Positions 21,911 through 30,571 of a stretch of DNA of 30,571 nucleotides are shown here, piece after piece. Within the stretch, counting starts at the first letter, position 1. Every line of letters starts with the position of its first letter. The notes below the pieces were generated by a model. It saw nothing but the letters and a program-made list of their open reading frames with translations, made no database searches and was not told the origin of the DNA. The translations under genes were made by a program, and so were the position numbers. The DNA is from a virus (Duplodnaviria; Caudoviricetes): the IMG/VR virus record IMGVR_UViG_3300044674_004592, positions 1 through 30,571 of that record. One strand, given 5' to 3'.

Positions 21911-24900
21911 TTATGTTAAGGCGACGCCTCGGTAATCTCTTAATGTAGGTGCGTTGTGTACATTAGGCGATAGTAATTCTATTTTAATTGCGAAAGTTCT
22001 AAAGCCTTCAAATATACCATTGGTATTTGAATATGTAAATGCACCGCTTGCAAGACTACCAACCTTGTTGCTGGCAGGAATTCTATATTTGAATTCTCTA
22101 TAGTCTCTAATATTTGTTGTAGTTGAATATACGCCTACACCTTCAAATAATTCTAATTCTGTCCAATCAAGAACATTAAATTCAGCATTATCATAAGCAT
22201 GTTTTGCCTTGACATAAACTTTAATATCTGTTCCTGTAGGTTTGTATGCTGTAAGGATTAATTCTAAATCTTCGGCATCCAAATCAGCTGCAAGTTCAAT
22301 TGTTTTACTGATATACTTAGAAGTTGTAGCCGAAGTATTTGTAAGATTATATCTATAGGCAAGTAATTTTGAAGCTTCAATATCAACAAATGGAGTAGAG
22401 GTAGCATTACCACCATTCTCCATATTTACTTTAATATCAAATGCCTTTGCTCTAGCAGGGTCGTTTGATTTACTGTAAATTACAACACCATCTCTACTGA
22501 AGTGGTTATTATCGTTGAACTTCATTGGTAAATCATAAGTTGTATTCACATTATTAGGTGAAACAAACTCTCCAGCTAAACTTAATTTTGAAGATGAATC
22601 TGATGCCTTCATAATCATAGGCTGAACATAACTTAAATTAATATTATCAACACTTACTGTATTCGCTGTAATCTCACTATCAAGGCCAACAATTTCGCCA
22701 CCTGGTGAGAATACTCTACCAGTATAAGCACTACTTCCTTCAAGTTGAATTTCGTATGGATTATTTTTATCGTAATAAGATAAAACACCAGTCACAACAG
22801 GAACCATATTATTTCCTGCGTTTGTAAATGCCCAAGGTTGTTTTAATGTAAGTTGAACACCACTATCAACTGAAGCAACTTCATAGATATCGTATTCAGT
22901 ACCGTTATCAATTTTTACAAAATCTCCTGCAACATAAGTAGCAGTAAGGTCAGTTCCTGACACTATTGTACTACCAGTAGAAACCGAAACCGTATTTGAA
23001 GTTGGGCTTGTTGGAGTTTTTACTTGATAAATTCTTTCACCTAATCTAAATCTACCATTAAAGTCATTAATAGATAAGAATTCATGGTCGTTGTTTGTTA
23101 ATGTGACAACACCTGTTGGTGAATTAAAGTTATGGCGTCTTACTGTAAATTTAAGATCTTCATCTTGGTAAGATTTCCAAGCACTATTATTTGTTGAAGT
23201 AAAGAGAACACCATCTCCCCAGTCTTGTACAATAGCTGAGCCTTGAGTATCACCTGGTGTCAAGTCAACACCACCAACCTTAGATGTGAATACTAAGTAA
23301 TTCGGGTCAGAAGCATCTGGTTGTAATACAATTGCATATTCTTTTTCAACATCAAGTCGAACTGGTGCGTCAAATGTAAATGTTGTCGCAACTGAACCAT
23401 CATCTGATGTTGCACTTGTTAAATCTGATGGAAGTTTATGCACAACTGAGAACGGAAGTATTGAGATATCTGGATATCCGTTTACAACTTCTCTAATTTG
23501 TAATGAAATACCGTTAACATCACTCACACGTTTGAAGAATACATCAACCTCTGATAGATATACAGAGTTTGAACCTTGTCCCATACCTTTCTTAATAAAG
23601 AATGTTTGAGCAAGTGGGTCACGTCCTCGTCTTCTTCTAGCAACATTTCTTGTTGTGGTCGTTGTATTAACATCAATGTTCGGCGTTCTTGTAGCAGTCG
23701 TTAGAGATGTTCTTTCGACACTAAAGTTATATGCACGATATGTGACAAAACCTTTTGATGTGGAACCAGATTCAATGCTATTATATAAGTTTACGTCAGC
23801 AATTTCTAATACTCTATCACCAACAAAGAATGTTTCCTCTGGTAATGCAAATACTGCTCTCAACACACCATTTGCATCTGTTTCAACAGCTGCTCCTTTG
23901 GAACCATATCTTGCAACATTATCTACATTATCAGCTGGTGTTCCTGGAAGAACATGAGCATCTACATTCACACCATCAAAGAAGAAATAATGTCTTGTTG
24001 AGGGTCTTAAACCGGACATGTAAATGGCGATGTCGCGTCCAGCCATGAATGGTTCAAATTGGAAATTGGTAAGGAAATCACCTACAAATGATGTTGTAGT
24101 ACTTCCTGGTTCAACATTAATTTCGCTTGTTCTTGTTGTAATTGTTGTAGTTTCTGTTCCAGCACCTCGTTGACCACCTCTTCCTGGGTCTGGGTCAAAC
24201 GATGTTGTAGATGTAGTATCTGTTAATGGTAAAAACTGTTGGATTTGGTCTACAAAATCTTCAAATGGAGATGCCAGGTCAATGTCAATCGAAACTGGAT
24301 TTGTAGTTGTATCATATGTTGCATCATAAGGAGGTGAAATAACTCCGTCACCAACATATTTGTAGAAATTACTTACACAATTTCGGATATTAGAAGCATA
24401 AGGTTGTTCGATAATATCTACATTTTGATTACGAGCAACAGTTCCCACTTTTGCATTAGCAGTTGATGGGAAGATTGATGAACCTGTAGCAGTCTTATAT
24501 TTTAAATCTATTGGATATGTTTTAACTGAAGGTGTTAAAATTCTTTGATTAAACGGAATCGCGGCATTAAAGTCACTATTATCAATATCTGCTAGTGTTA
24601 AATCATTAAATGGGTCTACTATGAAACCATTCTTAAATCTTGATAAACCATTTTCATCTGTAATAACAAGATTTTGTGTATCAGCTTCTAATTGGTTAAG
24701 CGAAATGTAATATGCAAGATTATCAATTTTCTTATCGAGGTCGTGCATATCCTTCATTGTGAAGGCTTTAATACCTGTAGATTTTGCTTTAATAGCATAT
24801 TCACGTTTGCGTTGTGTGTTTGCTACCTTTTGTGATACTGCAGGATAACCTGGAACTGAAATTTGAGCAATTGCCAATTGGTCTGTACCTACACGAGGTG

Positions 24901-27319
24901 GAACCGCAAATTTTTCTTCCTCGCCTTTTACAAGTGATAATTCACCATAAGAATCACATACGATTGTGTCTATTCTTGACAAGTAATATTCAAGGTCAGT
25001 TGTGATTGCATTACCGAAGGCCGGTATTAATGGAGCACCATAATTTGTAAATGTAGGAGCTGTAAAGCCTACCGTACCACTAATTGTTGGAGCACTACCA
25101 ACTGTTGCACCAAAATTAGCTGATGGGTCTTTGTCAACATGTGGTCTAAAGTCGAAACATTCTCTTAAGTTATATCTTACGCCGGATTCAGATACGTGAA
25201 CCGGAATATCATATCTATCAACTGTGTTAGGATAACTATTAATTGTAAAGAAATAACTACCAGTTGAGTTTTCTACTTCAAAAACTTTAAGTCGAACTGT
25301 TAATGTACCAGAAGGTTCTGGTCGGCCGACAATTGATTCCATATAGGATAAATCGTAATAAGTGTCTTTTTGGTTAGGTCTTAATCTGAAACTACTTGTA
25401 AAGTCATTGCCTGACGCATCTACAACACTTACAATTTTATAAACATCTGGGAAACCTAGATTATATTTTGTTTGGCTAGGACTATATGCAACTTTTACAT
25501 ATGTTTCATGCGAAGTTTTATTGTATGGGTCTACACCATTAAGCGCGCCAATTAATCGTTTGTTATAGTACACAGTCACATTCGTCGCAGAAGAGTCTGC
25601 TGGGTCCAAATTAATGGTCAATACACTATTATTTAGCGACGTAGTAGGCGTCCCTATGATACCAATCTTTGTATTTGTACTATCAACAACAAGTACATCA
25701 TCATTTGTACAATTAAAATCCTCACCTGGATTTGCTGTTAGTGTAATTACATTTCCTGTTTGTGTTGCTGCCTCTTGAATACGAACTGGGATAAGTGTAT
25801 CTGAAGTATCAAATAAACTATTCATACCAGAATCAAAGATAAGTGCCTTTTTAGCTACCTCTCTTAATCTGGAACCATCAACTTCAAAATAACCAGCACC
25901 ATCTGATACTCTGGCAACATTATTGACTGATTGACCACCTGTTGTGACAATACCTGTAAGATAAATTCGGGTTGGAGTTGCATTAATTGCAATAGCTGAA
26001 CCAATATTACTACCAGTATTATCTTCTAACTGAACTGGAGTCCAATCAATATTAATAACACCAGTGGCAGCTGTGACATCAAGATAATTTCCGTAATCAA
26101 GTGATACTGATTGTGCATTTACAACTTCTGTTGATGAAATTTGGTCAATGGCAAATGCGCGTTCACCTGAATTTTCTACTCTATAACCTTTAACGTAAGC
26201 AACACCTTGACCAACTAATACATGAACTTCTGAGTTTGCTGTTCCTTCTGGTACACGGTCGTCTGTCTGTAATGGGAAATCTCTTAAAATGTAATTGCCT
26301 GATTCCTCGTAAGTTCTTCTGGCCATTTCTTCACCGAGAACATTATATTGAGAAACATCACGGATTGTGACTGCATTACCATTTTGATATCTAATTAATG
26401 TAAAGAAATTTGAATCTATTTTTGCATCAGCTGTTGTTTTTACTACGAGACTAGGTGTTAATTTAAGTCTATCTGCACCCGGCGCATTTTCATTTCTTGA
26501 ACCGTTTGCATTATCGTAAAGTGAACCATCAGCAAGAGCACTAATTAATTGTTCTGTGACTTCATAACCAACAGAAACACCAGTTGGAGTATTATTATTT
26601 GGTGAAACAACAATTGTTTGGCTATCAGCAAAGATAAAATTTCCTTTTTGGAAAATAATACCTGGTGCTGATTGAATACCAAATGCCAGGCCTACATTAG
26701 ACGAAGCATCTGGAGCACTTGAACTTGAAACTCGGATACCTGAAACACTATCCCTTGAACTAGCAACATTAGGTATATCAGCAATAGGAGCTGTTGTACC
26801 AACTTTGAATTTATAAAGATTAATTGTTAAGGCTTCACCAATTTGGAATTGCTTATTTGTTGGTGATGTGTTTGTGTAGTTAATAAAGAACGCATTGAAA
26901 TCTGTACTACCTTCAAATCCTCGTTGTGCCTGGATAATATTAGCTGTCAAACCTGATGTTGAACCAACTAATTCATAAACGTAATCAAGTTCTACTTCTT
27001 GCCCGCCAATTGTTTCCTTGACTCTTCCACTAATATAATTTAATGGGTCAAATACGACACCAGAATTCATGGTGACATTATTTAAGCGAACATATTGTAA
27101 GTCATCTAATTCGGTAAAATTACAACCTTTAACAATACTACCTTCTTTAAAGATATTATCGCCAAATTGTTCTATTTGGTCTTGAAGTTGTGTTTGAAGC
27201 TGAGTTAACTCACGAGCCTGAACAGCAAATCCTGGCTTAAACAGCACACGGTAATATTGATTTTCTTGATCGAAATCATCAAAATATGGAGCTTGATTGA
27301 GGTTTGTGTTAATAGGCAT
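21911..27319 (-). CDS. vrlC: VrlC-like / DUF4815 large baseplate-associated structural protein (1802 aa)
   Basis: Diagnostic N-terminus TNLNQAPYFDDFD...YYRVLFKPGFAVQARELTQLQ..LQDQIEQFGDNIFKEGS; also NENAPGADRLK, ARRTYEESGNY, RFKNGFIVDPF, DPLAQTF and QDEDLKF; C-terminal PTLRDYRGVALT; directly downstream of gp8. Confidence 0.88.
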   Translation of the reverse strand: MPINTNLNQAPYFDDFDQENQYYRVLFKPGFAVQARELTQLQTQLQDQIEQFGDNIFKEGSIVKGCNFTELDDLQYVRLNNVTMNSGVVFDPLNYISGRVKETIGGQEVELDYVYELVGSTSGLTANIIQAQRGFEGSTDFNAFFINYTNTSPTNKQFQIGEALTINLYKFKVGTTAPIADIPNVASSRDSVSGIRVSSSSAPDASSNVGLAFGIQSAPGIIFQKGNFIFADSQTIVVSPNNNTPTGVSVGYEVTEQLISALADGSLYDNANGSRNENAPGADRLKLTPSLVVKTTADAKIDSNFFTLIRYQNGNAVTIRDVSQYNVLGEEMARRTYEESGNYILRDFPLQTDDRVPEGTANSEVHVLVGQGVAYVKGYRVENSGERAFAIDQISSTEVVNAQSVSLDYGNYLDVTAATGVINIDWTPVQLEDNTGSNIGSAIAINATPTRIYLTGIVTTGGQSVNNVARVSDGAGYFEVDGSRLREVAKKALIFDSGMNSLFDTSDTLIPVRIQEAATQTGNVITLTANPGEDFNCTNDDVLVVDSTNTKIGIIGTPTTSLNNSVLTINLDPADSSATNVTVYYNKRLIGALNGVDPYNKTSHETYVKVAYSPSQTKYNLGFPDVYKIVSVVDASGNDFTSSFRLRPNQKDTYYDLSYMESIVGRPEPSGTLTVRLKVFEVENSTGSYFFTINSYPNTVDRYDIPVHVSESGVRYNLRECFDFRPHVDKDPSANFGATVGSAPTISGTVGFTAPTFTNYGAPLIPAFGNAITTDLEYYLSRIDTIVCDSYGELSLVKGEEEKFAVPPRVGTDQLAIAQISVPGYPAVSQKVANTQRKREYAIKAKSTGIKAFTMKDMHDLDKKIDNLAYYISLNQLEADTQNLVITDENGLSRFKNGFIVDPFNDLTLADIDNSDFNAAIPFNQRILTPSVKTYPIDLKYKTATGSSIFPSTANAKVGTVARNQNVDIIEQPYASNIRNCVSNFYKYVGDGVISPPYDATYDTTTNPVSIDIDLASPFEDFVDQIQQFLPLTDTTSTTSFDPDPGRGGQRGAGTETTTITTRTSEINVEPGSTTTSFVGDFLTNFQFEPFMAGRDIAIYMSGLRPSTRHYFFFDGVNVDAHVLPGTPADNVDNVARYGSKGAAVETDANGVLRAVFALPEETFFVGDRVLEIADVNLYNSIESGSTSKGFVTYRAYNFSVERTSLTTATRTPNIDVNTTTTTRNVARRRRGRDPLAQTFFIKKGMGQGSNSVYLSEVDVFFKRVSDVNGISLQIREVVNGYPDISILPFSVVHKLPSDLTSATSDDGSVATTFTFDAPVRLDVEKEYAIVLQPDASDPNYLVFTSKVGGVDLTPGDTQGSAIVQDWGDGVLFTSTNNSAWKSYQDEDLKFTVRRHNFNSPTGVVTLTNNDHEFLSINDFNGRFRLGERIYQVKTPTSPTSNTVSVSTGSTIVSGTDLTATYVAGDFVKIDNGTEYDIYEVASVDSGVQLTLKQPWAFTNAGNNMVPVVTGVLSYYDKNNPYEIQLEGSSAYTGRVFSPGGEIVGLDSEITANTVSVDNINLSYVQPMIMKASDSSSKLSLAGEFVSPNNVNTTYDLPMKFNDNNHFSRDGVVIYSKSNDPARAKAFDIKVNMENGGNATSTPFVDIEASKLLAYRYNLTNTSATTSKYISKTIELAADLDAEDLELILTAYKPTGTDIKVYVKAKHAYDNAEFNVLDWTELELFEGVGVYSTTTNIRDYREFKYRIPASNKVGSLASGAFTYSNTNGIFEGFRTFAIKIELLSPNVHNAPTLRDYRGVALT

Positions 27320-27334
27320 CTTTAATTAATTTCC

Positions 27335-28987
27335 TTAAAATTCCAATACAAACTTAAATTCTTCTCGAGAAAGGTCGGTTCGAGCTAGTGGGAAAAAGTC
27401 TTCCATAAAATAGACTTCACCTGTCCTCTGTATATATTCCGAGAATACAATATTATTTGCTACAGGAGTATTTATCGAGATTAGTTGGCCTGTTTCGTTT
27501 CTAAATGGCAAATTAAGGTCTAATGAAGTATCTCCATTACCAGAATTTGCATTATTCTGATAAGGACCCATATATTCTGCCAAATAAATCGTATTCGCCG
27601 TTGAATCTACCTCGTGAACTCTTGCAGTGAATATAATTTCATTGTCTGAATTTATTTGTGTTATAGTACTATTTGCTGTGACTTTTCCAAAATCGTTTGT
27701 AGTCATTGCTATTCTGTTATCAAAAATTGTTGGAGCTGTATTTGCCCACGAAGGCGATCTTACAAGACCTACAGCACCATAAGTGTTTGTGTCTCCAATT
27801 TTTGTATTATCCTCGGCCGTAATATATGCATAAAAACTAAAATTTCTACAATTAAATTCATCAATTAAATTATATGCATGGCCACCATCTGGTGATAATA
27901 CAGCACGAAGTGTAGCTCTTACATCAGTGGTCGTGACATTTTCTGGGTCAAAATCATAAATCGGGTCAACAACTTCAGCGGTGACATTATGATATCCAGA
28001 ACCTTTATCCAGTAATGTAATACTTTCGATTCTATCTCCATTAATATTTGGTACACCAATTGCTGCTGTGACATTATTTGCAGAGCCTGTTCCATCACCA
28101 CTAATTAAAACTCTTGGAAAAATTTGTACTGAAGCACTACCAAAAACGCCTGATTGATTGGCTGCAAGTCCAGTTAATAATTCATTACCTACAATAACCT
28201 CAACTGTACCAGTTTCTAGATATGTATATTGTTCGATTACAAATAATCTTGAAACACCATTCGGATTTGTTGTATAAAGATATTGTCCTGTATAGTAATT
28301 TGGAACTTGACTCCAGGTTGTAAATGGGTCGATTTGGATTAGACCTGTAGGATAGATATTTCCTAACATGCCACCTCTTTCAACTATATAACCTTTATTA
28401 TCAACTGGATTTTCTACAATAACATCAGAAATGGTAGAACCTGTTGAAGCAGCAGGTGAAATAATAGAATTATTTGCTGAAACATTTAAAAGAGGAATGA
28501 AACCTAAAGCATTATAAGCTTCGAATTCCAAATCACTGATACGATACATATATTTCCAAACATATCCATCAGCTGTTTTATAAATCTGGTCTGTTGTTGT
28601 GACATTATAGTTTGGTGGGTTGGAAACAGTCGCCCCATTATTATTATCTAAGCATTTATATACTCGATAATCACCAGTATCGTTTTGTGTTGGTCCAACA
28701 ACAGCGTAAAAATTTTGTCCTATTAAATTGGCATTATCATCATATTCAGCATAAGCCGAACCGACCTGCCATGGATAATAAGGAATGCAGAAATGAATAT
28801 CTGCATTATCAATTTTCTTAGCAAATAATGTTTTCTCTAAAAACTCATTTTTAGATTTTAGAGTATCTGCTGGATCGAAATTATCTACTGACGAAACGAA
28901 CAGATAGTAGTCCTGGTTATCTTTTGCATCAGCAAGAAATAACCGAGTAATATCGCTCTTAAAACTATTGCTTAAAATTTCTGGCAT
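27335..28987 (-). CDS. gp8: Baseplate wedge subunit, T4 gp8-like (550 aa)
   Basis: W..G..Y..YDD, NFY.V, YRVYKCLDNNNG, TADGYVWKYMY, SPDGGH and a C-terminal GEV...E....R....REEFKFVLEF, as in marine T4-like gp8. Confidence 0.88.
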   Translation of the reverse strand: MPEILSNSFKSDITRLFLADAKDNQDYYLFVSSVDNFDPADTLKSKNEFLEKTLFAKKIDNADIHFCIPYYPWQVGSAYAEYDDNANLIGQNFYAVVGPTQNDTGDYRVYKCLDNNNGATVSNPPNYNVTTTDQIYKTADGYVWKYMYRISDLEFEAYNALGFIPLLNVSANNSIISPAASTGSTISDVIVENPVDNKGYIVERGGMLGNIYPTGLIQIDPFTTWSQVPNYYTGQYLYTTNPNGVSRLFVIEQYTYLETGTVEVIVGNELLTGLAANQSGVFGSASVQIFPRVLISGDGTGSANNVTAAIGVPNINGDRIESITLLDKGSGYHNVTAEVVDPIYDFDPENVTTTDVRATLRAVLSPDGGHAYNLIDEFNCRNFSFYAYITAEDNTKIGDTNTYGAVGLVRSPSWANTAPTIFDNRIAMTTNDFGKVTANSTITQINSDNEIIFTARVHEVDSTANTIYLAEYMGPYQNNANSGNGDTSLDLNLPFRNETGQLISINTPVANNIVFSEYIQRTGEVYFMEDFFPLARTDLSREEFKFVLEF

Positions 28988-29021
28988 TTTGAACTCATAC
29001 GAAAATTGGATTTGTTTAGTT

Positions 29022-29029
29022 TATTTATT
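29022..29029 (-). promoter_or_regulatory. T4-type late promoter-like motif AATAAATA
   Basis: In the 49-bp gap, 34 bp upstream of the gp8 ATG. Confidence 0.6.
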
Positions 29030-29036
29030 CTCATTC

Positions 29037-30569
29037 TTAAGATTCCACTCTAATCTTTCTTCGAGGGTATGTTGTCCCAGAAGCTGGCCTTTTACCATAA
29101 CTTGGACCTCCAATCTGATTAATATATTTTCCATTACTTAATCTTATTTTATAAGGAATATTAATTATATCAGTTGGTGTTCCAAATAAATCACTTAAAT
29201 CAGAACCACCGTTTTGGAAATCGTTTTCTGAAATACGAAATACATTACTTGATGAATATAGTCTTGTCGAAGGTTTATTTCCTGCTGCACTTACATTTTC
29301 AAAATCTACAAGCCCTTCACTCACTAATGTTGGTTTTGCATTATCAGATATAATTTGTTTTAACTGTGCGATTGATGGATAGACTCCTCGTTTAATAAAG
29401 AAATCACAAACCATAATACCTGCTGTTCCTGCAGCAACCGGCGCCGCACAAGATGTACCACTAAAGTATCCCCAAGTACCATCAGCATATGAAATTGTAG
29501 GATATGCTGTCCATGTATATGCTCCAGTAGCAGATACATCAATCATTGGACCTCTACTACTATAATCGTCTAGTAATGGATTTATGGTACTGTGTTGAGC
29601 TGCAGCAATTGTAAATTGATTAGCACCTCCGCCTTGATACATACGACATGGTTTTGTTGTCGTGACCACTGGCGCACTTGGTGTTGAGGTTGATGCAAAT
29701 GAATATCGACCATTTACATCTAAATTAATATCAACATAATTTACTGCTGGGTCTATATAAATTGTATTATTCTTTCTTGGGTCTTCTTCTGAAACACCTA
29801 CTGTGGAATTATTACCAGCACTTTGGAAATGATATATGCCACCAGCATTATTATAATTTGACATAATTGTATCAAGTGTAGTATATCTACTTCCAAGATT
29901 CCAAGCAACCATCCATTTATCAGTTGCATCAGCTGGGTCAGTAATAACACGTGGCACCATTAAATTATCTGTAAATTGTGTAAAATCAGTTCCCCAACCA
30001 CCAGTACTTTGTTCAATGACAGTAATTGTACCGACCATTGAACTATGGAAACCACATTGATAATAATATGTGCCGGCAGCATTTGGAGTCCACGAAACAC
30101 TAGCACTGCCCTGTCCTGTTGCGGCTGGTGTTGATACTTGGTCTCCACTACCTCCAGTATTTGTTGTTTTTATATACATTGGGTGAGAACCAGAAACATT
30201 ATTTGTGATATTTAATGTATCGCCGACAACTAGATTAATTGCTGGGTCTGTTCCTGATACTGAACCATCTCTATCTGTTCCGGAAAGTGTATAATTTGAA
30301 GAGTCTGAAGCTGTTGCTGTAATTGCATATGTCTGTGTAGAGCCAGTTCCGGTTGGTCTATTAATTGTAGTTAAATTGCCACCGGTATCATAAACATCTA
30401 ATCTATAGATATTGTCTACTGGAACTGCACCAGTTAAATCAACGCCAGAAAATCCCCAAGCACCTGTGACAACTGTTGCATTACGCACGCCTGTATCTGG
30501 ATTTACTGGTTTATTATTATGGAAATTTAATACACCGTTGTATGCTGCAGCAACACCATTCGAAAGATA
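29037..30569 (-). CDS. Subtilisin-like (S8) serine protease with an inserted cupredoxin domain; 5' end lies outside the window
   Basis: The frame stays open upstream of the ORF-track start at 30488 (YLSNGVAAAYNGVLNFHNNKPVNPDTGVRNATVVTGAWG). Motifs: SAGN (oxyanion Asn), YSSRGPMIDVSATG, FSGTSCAAPVAAG (catalytic Ser at 29451-29453). The catalytic Asp/His would be upstream, beyond the window. Confidence 0.85.
   Translation of the reverse strand, partial: YLSNGVAAAYNGVLNFHNNKPVNPDTGVRNATVVTGAWGFSGVDLTGAVPVDNIYRLDVYDTGGNLTTINRPTGTGSTQTYAITATASDSSNYTLSGTDRDGSVSGTDPAINLVVGDTLNITNNVSGSHPMYIKTTNTGGSGDQVSTPAATGQGSASVSWTPNAAGTYYYQCGFHSSMVGTITVIEQSTGGWGTDFTQFTDNLMVPRVITDPADATDKWMVAWNLGSRYTTLDTIMSNYNNAGGIYHFQSAGNNSTVGVSEEDPRKNNTIYIDPAVNYVDINLDVNGRYSFASTSTPSAPVVTTTKPCRMYQGGGANQFTIAAAQHSTINPLLDDYSSRGPMIDVSATGAYTWTAYPTISYADGTWGYFSGTSCAAPVAAGTAGIMVCDFFIKRGVYPSIAQLKQIISDNAKPTLVSEGLVDFENVSAAGNKPSTRLYSSSNVFRISENDFQNGGSDLSDLFGTPTDIINIPYKIRLSNGKYINQIGGPSYGKRPASGTTYPRRKIRVES
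30012..30329 (-). other. Plastocyanin/azurin-like type-1 copper domain inside the protease
   Basis: P.INLVVGDTL.I.N...SHP...VSWTP..AGTYYYQCGFHSSMVGTITV; candidate ligands His 30183-5, Cys 30054-6, His 30045-7, Met 30036-8. Confidence 0.8.
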
Positions 30570-30571
30570 TA

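Noticed and set aside
30486-30488. ORF-track start (GTG) of the 483-aa ORF
   Set aside because: The frame is open to the window edge and the catalytic Asp/His are missing from the 483 aa, so the real start is upstream.
1-30571. tRNA/rRNA genes, introns, inteins, homing endonucleases or stop-codon recoding
   Set aside because: Intergenic gaps are at most 135 bp with no cloverleaf seen. The long ORFs are uninterrupted under the standard code, and no intein or LAGLIDADG/HNH/GIY-YIG motifs were noticed.

Overview
AT-rich window with dense coding on the minus strand only. It is the baseplate/fibre (virion structural) region of a large T4-like myovirus of the marine cyanophage/pelagiphage type; the host cannot be determined from this window. 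Genes in transcription order (right to left): a 5'-truncated S8 subtilase with an inserted blue-copper (cupredoxin) domain; baseplate wedge gp8; a VrlC/DUF4815-like protein; a conserved 60-aa ORF; a short fibre with an S74 chaperone; a 3163-aa giant virion protein; a 141-aa ORF; a 1728-aa collagen fibre with an S74 chaperone; a 110-aa ORF; a 1375-aa mosaic fibre; and a 3'-truncated gp37-like fibre missing from the ORF track. Late-promoter-like AATAAATA motifs lie in three intergenic gaps. The main finding is in the giant protein: 11 intact and 1 degenerate helical repeats of ~140-165 aa, each centred on [KT]-C-x-R-D. This resembles the bilin-attachment motif of phycobiliproteins (Cys84/Arg86/Asp87), and the flanking helices also match by eye. 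It suggests a possible polymeric phycobiliprotein-like (bilin-binding) virion fibre. All family assignments come from visual motif recognition; no searches were run.
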